NCBI GenBank assembly: GCA_045863335.1
Contig: BTVY01000007.1
Span: 105,932-169,931 of the forward strand
Direction: 5' to 3'
DNA from: Candidatus Hydrogenedentota bacterium
Lineage (GTDB): Bacteria; Hydrogenedentota; Hydrogenedentia; Hydrogenedentales; SLHB01
DNA: 64,000 nt
Positions 56,136 to 64,000 of the stretch are shown here, piece by piece. The position numbers and the translations under genes are program-made. Position 1 is the stretch's first letter. The number at the start of each line of letters is the position of its first letter. Under the pieces are notes generated by a model that was not told the DNA's origin, did not search any database, and was given only the letters and a program-made list of their open reading frames with translations.

Positions 56136-57560
56136 CTAATACTTTCGCTCCGCGATGAGCGATAGTTTCAGCACGATATCGGGGCTGTTGGCTACGACGT
56201 ATACCGATCCATCCGGAGCGCATTTGATGTCCCGGACGCGGCCGATGTTCTTGAGGATCGTCTCTTCGTGCATGACGCGGTGATCCTCGATTTGCAGGAC
56301 GCTTACCTGTTCGTATTTAAGCGCGCCCACGAGCAAGGCGTTTTGCCATCTCGGGAATTGGTCGCCGGTGTAGAACTCCACGCCCGAAACGGCGATGGAG
56401 GGCCGCCAGTACAGGGCCGGTTGCTCTAATCCTTCCTTGCGGCGGTCTTCGGAGACCAGCGCGCCATTGTAGTTCCGGCCGTAGGTGATCAGGGGCCAGC
56501 CGTAATTGTTGCCGGCCTCGATGACGTTCAGTTCGTCGCCGCCCATGGGACCGTGCTCGCTTTCCCATAGCAGGTCATCGGCGGGATTGATGGACAGCCC
56601 CTGGGGGTTGCGGTTGCCGAAGCTGAAGATCGAGGGCAACGCGCCTTCCTTTCCGACGAAGGGGTTATCGTCCGGGATGCTCCCGTCGGGCCAGACGCGG
56701 TGGACTTTGCCGTTGGGACGGCTCAAGTCCTGCGCGTGGTCCTGCTGGCCGCGTTCGCCGATGCCGAAATACAGGTGCCCTTCCGCATCGAAGGCAATCT
56801 GGCAGCCGTAGTGGATGCGTGTGGGCAGGTACGTATCGTGGGGCGCTTCGAAAACCACCTGCTCGCCGGTCCAGGCATTGCCGTCGATCTTCCCGCGCAC
56901 GATGCGGGTCATGGCGAGGGGACGCTCCTGATCGCCAGATACCGGCAGCGCATGGCTGTACGCGAGATAGACCCAGCCGTTCTCGCCGTACTTCGGGTCG
57001 ACCGCCACGTCCATCAAGCCGCCCTGGCCTTCGTGCAGGACTTCGGGCGTGCCTTGCACGGGTTCCGTTTCCAGCTTCCCATCGCGCAAGACGCGGAGGC
57101 GTCCCGGGCGCTCGGTAATCAGGGCTGTCGACGCATCTGGGAAGGCGATGGCCCAGGGGATTTCGAGGCCTTCCGCGACGACGTTCACATCGATTTCGTA
57201 GTCGAGCGTCTGGATGCGGTCAGGGGGAGGCGGTTTGACGGCTCCGGCCTCTTGTTCCCGGCTGAGGATGAAATCGACGATCGCGCGGATTTGTTCATCG
57301 CTCAATGTCGCTTCGTAGGCGGGCATGCCCAGGTGCGTGATTCCATGTTTCGTGTTTCGGAACATGTATCCGGCGCCCTCGCCGAACTGCCAGACGCCGT
57401 CGACCATGCTTTGCGCGTTGCCGCCCTGCAATTCCGCGCCGTGGCACTGCGCGCAATATTGCTTGTACAGGGCGGCCCCGTCGGGCGTCTCTTGCGCCGC
57501 GCATACCACGCTGCCCAGAGCAAGAATCGGACACAACAGCAAGACAAACCGGTTCTTCAC
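56136..57560 (-). CDS. PQQ-dependent sugar (glucose/sorbosone) dehydrogenase with N-terminal cytochrome c
   Basis: Signal peptide; CAQCH with distal GMPAY; PWAIAF, GQGGLMDV, GNRNPQG, EHGPMGGDELN, NYGWP, GRVRD. Confidence 0.92.
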   Translation of the reverse strand: MKNRFVLLLCPILALGSVVCAAQETPDGAALYKQYCAQCHGAELQGGNAQSMVDGVWQFGEGAGYMFRNTKHGITHLGMPAYEATLSDEQIRAIVDFILSREQEAGAVKPPPPDRIQTLDYEIDVNVVAEGLEIPWAIAFPDASTALITERPGRLRVLRDGKLETEPVQGTPEVLHEGQGGLMDVAVDPKYGENGWVYLAYSHALPVSGDQERPLAMTRIVRGKIDGNAWTGEQVVFEAPHDTYLPTRIHYGCQIAFDAEGHLYFGIGERGQQDHAQDLSRPNGKVHRVWPDGSIPDDNPFVGKEGALPSIFSFGNRNPQGLSINPADDLLWESEHGPMGGDELNVIEAGNNYGWPLITYGRNYNGALVSEDRRKEGLEQPALYWRPSIAVSGVEFYTGDQFPRWQNALLVGALKYEQVSVLQIEDHRVMHEETILKNIGRVRDIKCAPDGSVYVVANSPDIVLKLSLIAERKY

Positions 57561-58381
57561 AGGAATCTCCTCAAGAATTGGAATTCAGAATAAGACCGTT
57601 TCACCAGGGCGCGAATCATAGCATGAGCCCCATGCCGGTGTCGCGGGTTCGATGTACGTTCCGGTTTCGTTATGGGGACACCCCCCTACCCTCTTTTCAT
57701 TTTGACGATTCAAGGGGGGTTCCCGGGATATTTAGCATTGTTCGTCGTACACCACATTTCTTCTATTGCTATGGGCGGCAAGGACTTGAACCGGATTGTG
57801 GCCGAAATTCGAAAGCGAGAGGAACAGGGGTGTACCCCCTTCTTCTATGACGAAACAAGGGGGTGGGGTAGGAAATAATGAATTGGGAATCGTAGATGAT
57901 GATTTGCGGGGCGCGATTGGTTTTCACTGGCACGGGCGGATTTCCTCCCATAGTAATGAACCGCGACGTTGCAGTTGAGATGTGCCTACTCGGAATTCGG
58001 GTGGTGTCTGGCGGATGTATCGATGTCATGGAATATTCCCTCACCCCGGGACTCCGGATACACATGCTGATGTCGGGCAATGGCGAGACCTTCGAATGTG
58101 CCACGCTCATCGAGCGAGGCACTTGAACTTCAGGCTTCCCGTTGCGTCAATGAGAAGGAACTCGAGACTCGGGAAACTAAATAGCCGGTACTCATTCTAA
58201 GAGGGCGCTTCAAAAGTGCGATATCGACTAGGCATAGCGAATTCAGGATTCTGCAGGCGGGCGCCCCTTGCGCTACATCTGTCGCACTTCTCTTAAATCG
58301 CGCGAGACCACATTGCACCGATTGGATCAAGGTACGACCATTTTGATCGAGGCCCAGTACGGGCTAGTTCGCGCGTTCTCT

Positions 58382-58565
58382 GCCCCGGAGGGGCGGCAGG
58401 TTGTAGCCCAGGGTGGAGCGAGGCACGAGCGGAACCCTGGGTCGCGGGGATTATTATCCACCAAGCCCCGGAGGGGCGGCGGGTTGTAGCCCAGGGTGGA
58501 GCGAGGCACGAGCGGAACCCTGGGTCGCGGGGATTATTATCCACCAAGCCCCGGAGGGGCGGCAG
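58382..58565. repeat. 83-bp tandem REP array (2.2 copies)
   Basis: Units start at 58382, 58465 and 58548, with one mismatch between the full copies. Each has GCCCC-GGA-GGGGC and GTAG-CCCAGGGT...ACCCTGGG hairpins. Confidence 0.95.
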
Positions 58566-58570
58566 AATGG

Positions 58571-59023
58571 TCAATCCCAGATATATCGTTCGTCGTATTC
58601 AATATCGTGAGCTTTCAGGAGGCGGAGGAACTCGGTTTTGAAGTCCTCCTTCCGATGGTGCGCTTCCTGTGTTTCGAAGTACGTTTTAACGCGGTTGACC
58701 TGCGATGCGCTCACGGTGAATGCGCCGTATCCGCCTTGCCATGCGAAGTCCCGCAGTTCGGGAAAGGTGTCATGCACCCATTTGGAGCTGCCAGCCTTCA
58801 CTTCCCGCAACAGATCGGCGACGGCCACGGTCTGGTGAATCCGCGCGAGGATGTGAATGTGGTCCTCCATTCCGCCGATGGATAACGCGACCCCGTTTTG
58901 GGTTCGGAGGATGCCGCTCACGTAGGGATACAGGCGTTCCCGGATGTCGTTGGCAAGCCACCGGCGGCGGTCTTTGGTCGAGAACACGAGATGGTAAAGC
59001 AGGCAGGTGAAGGATTGGGGCAT
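58571..59023 (-). mobile_element. tnpA: Y1 HUH transposase (IS200/IS605 TnpA superfamily, REP-associated type)
   Basis: YHLVFSTKDR, EDHIHIL (HUH), WQGGYGAFTVS, TYFETQEAHH (catalytic Tyr helix). REPs on both sides; no tnpB. Confidence 0.92.
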
Positions 59024-59037
59024 GGCGACTCTCTTTC

Positions 59038-59137
59038 GCCCCGTCCGGGGCTCGATGGTTGGTGGGGCGGCTGGTGACCCAGGGTTCCGCTCGTGCCTCG
59101 CTCCACCCTGGGCTACAGTCCTGCGCCCCTCCGGGGC
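59038..59137. repeat. Inverted copy of the REP unit upstream of tnpA
   Basis: GACCCAGGGTTCCGCTCGTGCCTCGCTCCACCCTGGGCTACA...GCCCCTCCGGGGC (59076-59137) plus GCCCCGTCCGGGGC (59038-59051). Confidence 0.93.
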
Positions 59138-59148
59138 TAATACGGCTT

Positions 59149-59177
59149 ATAGTATGGAGCCTGGTGTGGAGATGCAA
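59149..59177 (-). promoter_or_regulatory. Candidate promoter of tnpA, outside the REP
   Basis: Minus strand TTGCAT (59177-59172), 17 nt, TACTAT (59154-59149). Confidence 0.55.
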
Positions 59178-59422
59178 GGAAGCCAATTCCGCGTAGGTGG
59201 GCAACGCTGTTCACACGGACAGGGTAAATTGTAGTCGGTACCGAATGCCCCGGATCTAGATTCCCCACATTGGTTTTTCCAGTGAATCCGTCCTAATCGA
59301 CTTGGAACAGCCCAATGTCCTTTATCCCGACCAATACCTACTCTTTGGCTTCTTAGTCGTGGTGCTTGACCCACCGTTCAACGGCGTTGGCTTGGACTTC
59401 GGTGATTCAACCGAGTCGTGCG

Positions 59423-60253
59423 TCAATAGGGCTGCGACTCGTGCGCCTGGACGAACTGGATGCGGTAAGTCTTGGACTTATCGCCCTGCGACACCTGGAC
59501 GTCTAGGTCCGCAGTGGCGACGTTGTTGATGGGGAATACGAATCGGAACGTCGCCATCTGCCCCGGTGGGATATGGACACGCTCCGTTTCCTCTTGATAG
59601 CGCGCACCACCGCCCGTACCTTGTTGAAACACGCGGAGGCCCGGCTTAATTAACCCTTGTGGCGCGTTGTCGTTGGCAACGAGATCTTTGCGCGCCCAAT
59701 ACTCGTCATCCCCCTGCACCCAAAACCATTCAGGCGTCAAGGCTACGTTGAGTTGACCTTCTTGAGGTGCAGTAGGCTCGACGCGCAACGCCGTGGCTGT
59801 AAATGTACAAGTGTCAGGCAAGAAGAATGCGTCTTGGGAACCGTCGTTTCCTACGTACAGTTCCATGAGTACGCTTGAGAAATGATAGCTCGCACTCAAC
59901 GGCAAGATGGTTAACGGTCCGTCCCGAACAAGAAGGCTCGTGTAGCCAGATTCCACACGTGAGGCGAACCCGTCTCCACTTCCCTCGTCTCCTTCGATTG
60001 ACTGCGTGGTCAGTTGAGCGCTTGCGCCTTCGGCGTCCACGGGCAGTGCCCCGCGCGGCTCGAGATATACGTCCGGGCCGCGCCATTGCACGAGTCCGTA
60101 CAACATACCGATGCAAGAAGGCCAGGCTGCAAACATGAGGCAGGCCACCACAAGACAGGAAACGAGAACGCCTATTCGGCGGTTTCTCGGTTTCCTGGCA
60201 TCCGGACTCAGTATCTGAAGTCCAGGAGGTTTCTCGTCTTCGCGGTGAACCAT
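59423..60253 (-). CDS. Hypothetical membrane-anchored protein
   Basis: 276-aa ORF, RBS GAGGGAG, one N-terminal hydrophobic segment, beta-rich remainder. Codons look less GC-biased than in neighbours. Confidence 0.65.
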   Translation of the reverse strand: MVHREDEKPPGLQILSPDARKPRNRRIGVLVSCLVVACLMFAAWPSCIGMLYGLVQWRGPDVYLEPRGALPVDAEGASAQLTTQSIEGDEGSGDGFASRVESGYTSLLVRDGPLTILPLSASYHFSSVLMELYVGNDGSQDAFFLPDTCTFTATALRVEPTAPQEGQLNVALTPEWFWVQGDDEYWARKDLVANDNAPQGLIKPGLRVFQQGTGGGARYQEETERVHIPPGQMATFRFVFPINNVATADLDVQVSQGDKSKTYRIQFVQAHESQPY

Positions 60254-60529
60254 ATCATTGGCACTCCCTCGTTGGCTGGCACCCGAGAACGGTGAGACCT
60301 CTCCTTCTGGACCCGGTGCAATGCTACCCCCGCATAAGCATCCACTTCAAAAGTTAGTAGTAGCGCACCACGCAGGTTCTTTGTGAAAGCAACCTAACAT
60401 TCGGAAGTCTATATAACTGGCCCTGCACCTCGAACAGAATCGTCGTTTCTGGATCTAATCTAGGCAATAGTACTGCACCATCTAATGGACATGCGTTTTC
60501 GCGAAATGTCTGAGAATGAGTACCGCTAT

Positions 60530-61954
60530 TTAAACGATCTCGATGAGGCGGAAGATGCAGACGTAGCTGAAGACCAGGAAGGCGAGTGCCAGGCCGACGG
60601 CGAAGACGGGATGGGGTTTGATGATGGACCGTACTTCCGGGGTGAAGAACCGGGGCATGACCTTGTAGAGAACCCATCCAACCACGACGGCTTGTAGCGG
60701 AGTCAGAAGGAGGCCGTCCAATATCGCGCCGGTCTTTACCAGGAGGACTGGGGTCCGGTTGTAGGTGTACACGATGACCATGTTCGAGACGGCGAACAGC
60801 ACGAGAACGGTGCGGAACTGACGTTTCCAGGTCCATTTGGCCACGCCGGGGATGAGGATGCGTCCGCAATCGGCGAGCAGGCGCGGCCACCCGGCGAACT
60901 GGCCGATCATGGTGCTGACCATGGCGGCGAAACCCGCGAGCACGAAGAGGTGCGCGCCCCATTCGCCCCAGCGGTCGCCAAAGATGCGGGAGAGTTGCAT
61001 GGCCACTTCGGACCCCTCGGGCGCGACTTGTTGCGCGCCGAGCACGCCCGCACCGGCGATCATGAAGGCGGCCGTAACGCCGATCCCGATGAGCACGGCC
61101 ATCGATGCGTCCGCGGTCACCACGCGACGCCATCCGCGGATGCGCTGTGCGTCTTCGGCATTCAGGGAGCGCAACGCGTTTTCGTCCAACGGCTTTCCGT
61201 AGCCGCGGTCGCGCGTCATGCCGTACCCCGCGCCGATCACCCAGTAGGTGTACCAGACCTGGCTGGCGAATCCGCCGGCCGCCCATCCGAGCAGGGGAAG
61301 GATCTCGAGCCAGGGCGATTGCGGGGTCTCGGCCGCGCTGGCCCAGGCGGGCGGTTCGGGGATTTGGAAGCCGAACACGCCGTGGATCAGTGCGCCGAAT
61401 CCGGGCCACGTGGCGATGGCGACAGTGAAGGTCCCGATAATGATCACGAGCACCAACAGGGACATGACGTGCTTGAGGGGTTCGTAGGTGCCGCTCCACA
61501 CGAGTACGATGACGAAGAGCACTACCATCCAGCCGAGGTAAAAGGAAGGAATGGGGATGAAATAGCTGGCAAAGACGCCCGCGACACCAGCGAGGGCGGC
61601 CGTCGAAACGGCGCCGGAGCATAGTTGCCCGGCGAACACGGGCCAGAGCGCCCAATTGCGCGGGCCGGGCATGCGGCCCATCATGTCGATCATGCCTTCG
61701 CCGGTGGTGACCGTGTAATGCGCGCCCGCGAGGCCGATCCAGAACTTGGCAAAGATGGCGATGGTAGGCACCCAGAGGAGCGCGACGCCGTAGATCGCCC
61801 CCGCCCGGGTGGACAGGATGACCTCCCCCGAGCCGATGTATTCGCCGCACCACATGAGCCCCGGACCCAGCGCGAGCACTATCATCATCCCGCGCGGCGC
61901 CAGGGGAACAGAGGACGGGCGCCCGTGGTCCTTCTCTTCTTCCGCCGCTGACAT
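60530..61954 (-). CDS. Nramp-family (YcsG-like) transporter
   Basis: LGPGLMW...IGSGEVIL.TRAGAIYG, TTGEG, about 11 membrane segments. Start chosen at MSAAEEE; 61963 and 61966 are alternatives. Confidence 0.8.
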   Translation of the reverse strand: MSAAEEEKDHGRPSSVPLAPRGMMIVLALGPGLMWCGEYIGSGEVILSTRAGAIYGVALLWVPTIAIFAKFWIGLAGAHYTVTTGEGMIDMMGRMPGPRNWALWPVFAGQLCSGAVSTAALAGVAGVFASYFIPIPSFYLGWMVVLFVIVLVWSGTYEPLKHVMSLLVLVIIIGTFTVAIATWPGFGALIHGVFGFQIPEPPAWASAAETPQSPWLEILPLLGWAAGGFASQVWYTYWVIGAGYGMTRDRGYGKPLDENALRSLNAEDAQRIRGWRRVVTADASMAVLIGIGVTAAFMIAGAGVLGAQQVAPEGSEVAMQLSRIFGDRWGEWGAHLFVLAGFAAMVSTMIGQFAGWPRLLADCGRILIPGVAKWTWKRQFRTVLVLFAVSNMVIVYTYNRTPVLLVKTGAILDGLLLTPLQAVVVGWVLYKVMPRFFTPEVRSIIKPHPVFAVGLALAFLVFSYVCIFRLIEIV

Positions 61955-62043
61955 GGCGCCCATCATCAGGATTTTGTGGGGGCGGTGCAAGCTTGGGCGA
62001 AGACTTCATGGTAAGCTTTGCGCGGACGTGTGTGGAGGAGTTT

Positions 62044-63075
62044 ATGCAAGCACTCGTATTGACGGCATATAACACTTTTGAGATTCAAGATGCGCCGGAA
62101 CCTGAGCTGGGTCCGGAGGACGTGCTGATCCGCGTTGGTGCCTGTGGGATCTGCGGCAGCGACATTCACGGGATGGATGGTTCGTCGGGACGGCGGCGGC
62201 CGCCGATTATCATGGGACACGAGGCGGCGGGAACGGTGGTCCGCGCAGGCGATGGCGTGACGGAGTGGCAGCCGGGCGACCGGGTGACCTTCGACTCGAC
62301 GGTGTATTGCGGGGCATGTGACTTCTGCAAGCGCGGACAGGTCAACCTCTGCGACAACCGGCGCGTGTTGGGGGTCTCCTGCGAGGAGTACCGGCAACAC
62401 GGCGCGTTCGCGGAGTTCATCGCCGTGCCGCAGCGCATCCTGTACCGGCTCCCGGACAAGGTGTCCTTCGAACATGCGGCCATGGTCGAACCGGTGTCGA
62501 TCGTGGTCCACGCGGTGGCGCGCGCGGGAATTGGACCCGAGGATACGGTCGCGGTCATCGGCACGGGGATGATCGGCCTGCTGGTTGTGCCGGTGTTGCG
62601 CGCGCGCGGCTGCAAATGCATCGTGGCGGTCGACCTGGATGAGAGCCGATTGGCGCTGGCGAAGCGGTTCGGCGCTTCGGAAACGCTGCTCGCCAATGCG
62701 AAAAACGTTGCGGAATCGATCCGCGACGCGACCGGAGGCGCAGGTGTGGATGCCACCTTCGAAGTCGTGGGCGCCAGCGCTTCGATCAAAGTGGCGGTCG
62801 AGAGCGTGCGCAAAGGCGGGAGCGTCACGCTGATCGGCAATCTCGCGCCCACGGTGGACTTGCCACTGCAACAGGTGGTGACGCGCGAACTGACGTTGCT
62901 GGGTTCCTGCGCTTCGAGCGGCGAGTATCCGGAATGTCTCGCGCTGATGGCGTCCGGCGCGATTGATGTCGACCCGCTCATCAGCGCGGTCGCGCCATTG
63001 CACGAGGGCGCGGAATGGTTTCACCGGCTGTACCGTCGCGATGGCGCGTTGATGAAAGTCCTGCTGCGACCTTGA
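62044..63075 (+). CDS. Zn-dependent sugar-alcohol dehydrogenase (galactitol-1-P / L-iditol dehydrogenase-like)
   Basis: GICGSD, GHEAAG, CGACDFC...NLC, GTGMIG. RBS GGAGGAG. Confidence 0.92.
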   Translation: MQALVLTAYNTFEIQDAPEPELGPEDVLIRVGACGICGSDIHGMDGSSGRRRPPIIMGHEAAGTVVRAGDGVTEWQPGDRVTFDSTVYCGACDFCKRGQVNLCDNRRVLGVSCEEYRQHGAFAEFIAVPQRILYRLPDKVSFEHAAMVEPVSIVVHAVARAGIGPEDTVAVIGTGMIGLLVVPVLRARGCKCIVAVDLDESRLALAKRFGASETLLANAKNVAESIRDATGGAGVDATFEVVGASASIKVAVESVRKGGSVTLIGNLAPTVDLPLQQVVTRELTLLGSCASSGEYPECLALMASGAIDVDPLISAVAPLHEGAEWFHRLYRRDGALMKVLLRP

Positions 63076-63085
63076 GGAGGCGACG

Positions 63086-63895
63086 ATGAAGAATGCGTTG
63101 TTCGATCTTACCGGCAAGACGGCCGTCGTCACCGGCACCAGCCGGGGGCTGGGGCAGTACATGGCGCGGGCGCTCGCGCTGGCCGGGGCGGACCTCGTGC
63201 TCACGAGCCGGAATGTGGATTCGTTGAAAGATTTTCAACAGGAAATCCTCGCGTTGGGGCGTAAGGCCGTAGCGCTCGAGCTGGATGTGCGGGATTCGGA
63301 CAGCATTGAGCGCATGGCGGACGCGGCAGTGAAGGAGTGTCTGGGTATCGACATTCTCGTGAACAACGCCGGATGCAACGTGCGCAAGCGGGCGACGGAG
63401 GTGAGTTGGGACGACTGGAACCTCGTGCTCGACACGAATCTGCGCGGGACGTTTTTCGTGTCGCAGGCCTTCGCGTCGCGCAATATGATTCCCAACCGCT
63501 ACGGCCGCATTATCAACATTGGGTCCGTCACCTGCGTGGCGGGGTACTCGGGGCTTGGCCCGTACTGCGCGAGCCGGGGCGGGGTGAAACAACTGACGAT
63601 GAGCCTCGCGGATGACTGGGGCGAGTACGGGATCACGGTGAATTGCCTTGCGCCGGGGTGGTTCAAGACGGCGCAGAACGCGGTGCTCTATGAGAACGAG
63701 AAATGGGTGGAGTATCTCTGCGACCGGATTCCGTTGAACCGGCCGGGGCAACCAAACGACCTCGACGGCGCCGTTGTTTTTCTGGCGTCGGACGCCAGCG
63801 AGTACATCACGGGGCAGACGCTGCTGGTGGATGGCGGGATTTCGACAGGCGCCACCAAGGCGACAGTGGAGAGACGCGAAGGGCGAACGCTTTGA
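63086..63895 (+). CDS. SDR oxidoreductase (gluconate 5-dehydrogenase-like)
   Basis: TGTSRGLG, NNAG, NIGS, YCASRGG, APGWFKT, YITGQTLLVDGG. Confidence 0.9.
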   Translation: MKNALFDLTGKTAVVTGTSRGLGQYMARALALAGADLVLTSRNVDSLKDFQQEILALGRKAVALELDVRDSDSIERMADAAVKECLGIDILVNNAGCNVRKRATEVSWDDWNLVLDTNLRGTFFVSQAFASRNMIPNRYGRIINIGSVTCVAGYSGLGPYCASRGGVKQLTMSLADDWGEYGITVNCLAPGWFKTAQNAVLYENEKWVEYLCDRIPLNRPGQPNDLDGAVVFLASDASEYITGQTLLVDGGISTGATKATVERREGRTL

Positions 63896-63931
63896 AGAAC
63901 ATCCCCCTTGATCCCCCTTCGAAGGGGGAAT
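63895..63931. repeat. Left arm of a third CCCCCTT-family element (partner presumably beyond the window)
   Basis: AAGAACATCCCCCTTGATCCCCCTTCGAAGGGGGAAT abuts the SDR stop codon. Confidence 0.88.
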
Positions 63932-64000
63932 TTGCCGAGATGCGACAGTCGGGCCGGCTGACTGTATTCGGCGTATCTCGAGTTCTCGTTCTTCCTGCAC

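Larger units (their letters stand above)
58178..60532. mobile_element. Putative cargo segment bounded by ~25-bp imperfect inverted ends
   Basis: TAAATAGCCGGTACTCATTCTAAGA (58178-58202) versus the reverse complement of 60509-60532, TAAATAGC-GGTACTCATTCTCAGA: 23 of 25 identical. Confidence 0.45.

Noticed and set aside
57769-58330. Short ORFs upstream of the REP array
   Set aside because: No motifs or clear RBS, and they overlap on both strands. I cannot support any as a gene.
58382-58565. Possible CRISPR array
   Set aside because: The units are 83-bp whole duplications with identical linkers, there are no unique spacers or cas genes, and an inverted copy flanks a Y1 transposase.
60391-60420. 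Integron attC/attI site suggested by GTTAGGT on the minus strand upstream of the orphan gene
   Set aside because: No matching RYYYAAC inverse core with complementary arms, and no integrase in the window.

Overview
GC-rich bacterial chromosomal window with about 51 protein-coding genes. I see no rRNA, tRNA or CRISPR array. The DUF1559/H-X9-DG prepilin-like gene resembles those of Candidatus Hydrogenedentota (inference from remembered motifs, no search run). Contents: cell-surface glycan genes (several GT4/GT2, Wzx, Wzz, O-antigen ligase/polymerase-like, SGNH-TPR, bi-domain oxidoreductase); hisB; hemF; an ABC-F ATPase; MFS, SSS, Nramp-like and ABC transporters; a four-subunit 2-oxoacid:ferredoxin oxidoreductase operon ending in a stripped-down HdrA-like flavoprotein; exported sugar-active proteins; a BlaI/M56 pair with a visible twin operator; a PAS-GAF histidine kinase and single-domain receiver facing a hybrid kinase whose phospho-acceptor His is replaced by Arg; and a Y1 (IS200-like, REP-associated) transposase with its REP array. 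Most notable: (1) the Kor operon with a degenerate HdrA lacking the canonical cluster-binding Cys motifs; (2) the REC-pseudokinase plus metallophosphoesterase signalling locus; (3) imperfect ~25-bp inverted ends bracketing a 2.35-kb segment that holds the REP/transposase locus and an orphan gene; (4) at least nine unrelated families of short intergenic palindromic or periodic (6-, 7-, 9-nt) repeats, only one with a plausible cognate enzyme in the window. All family assignments come from reading motifs by eye; several start codons were re-picked from the ORF track.
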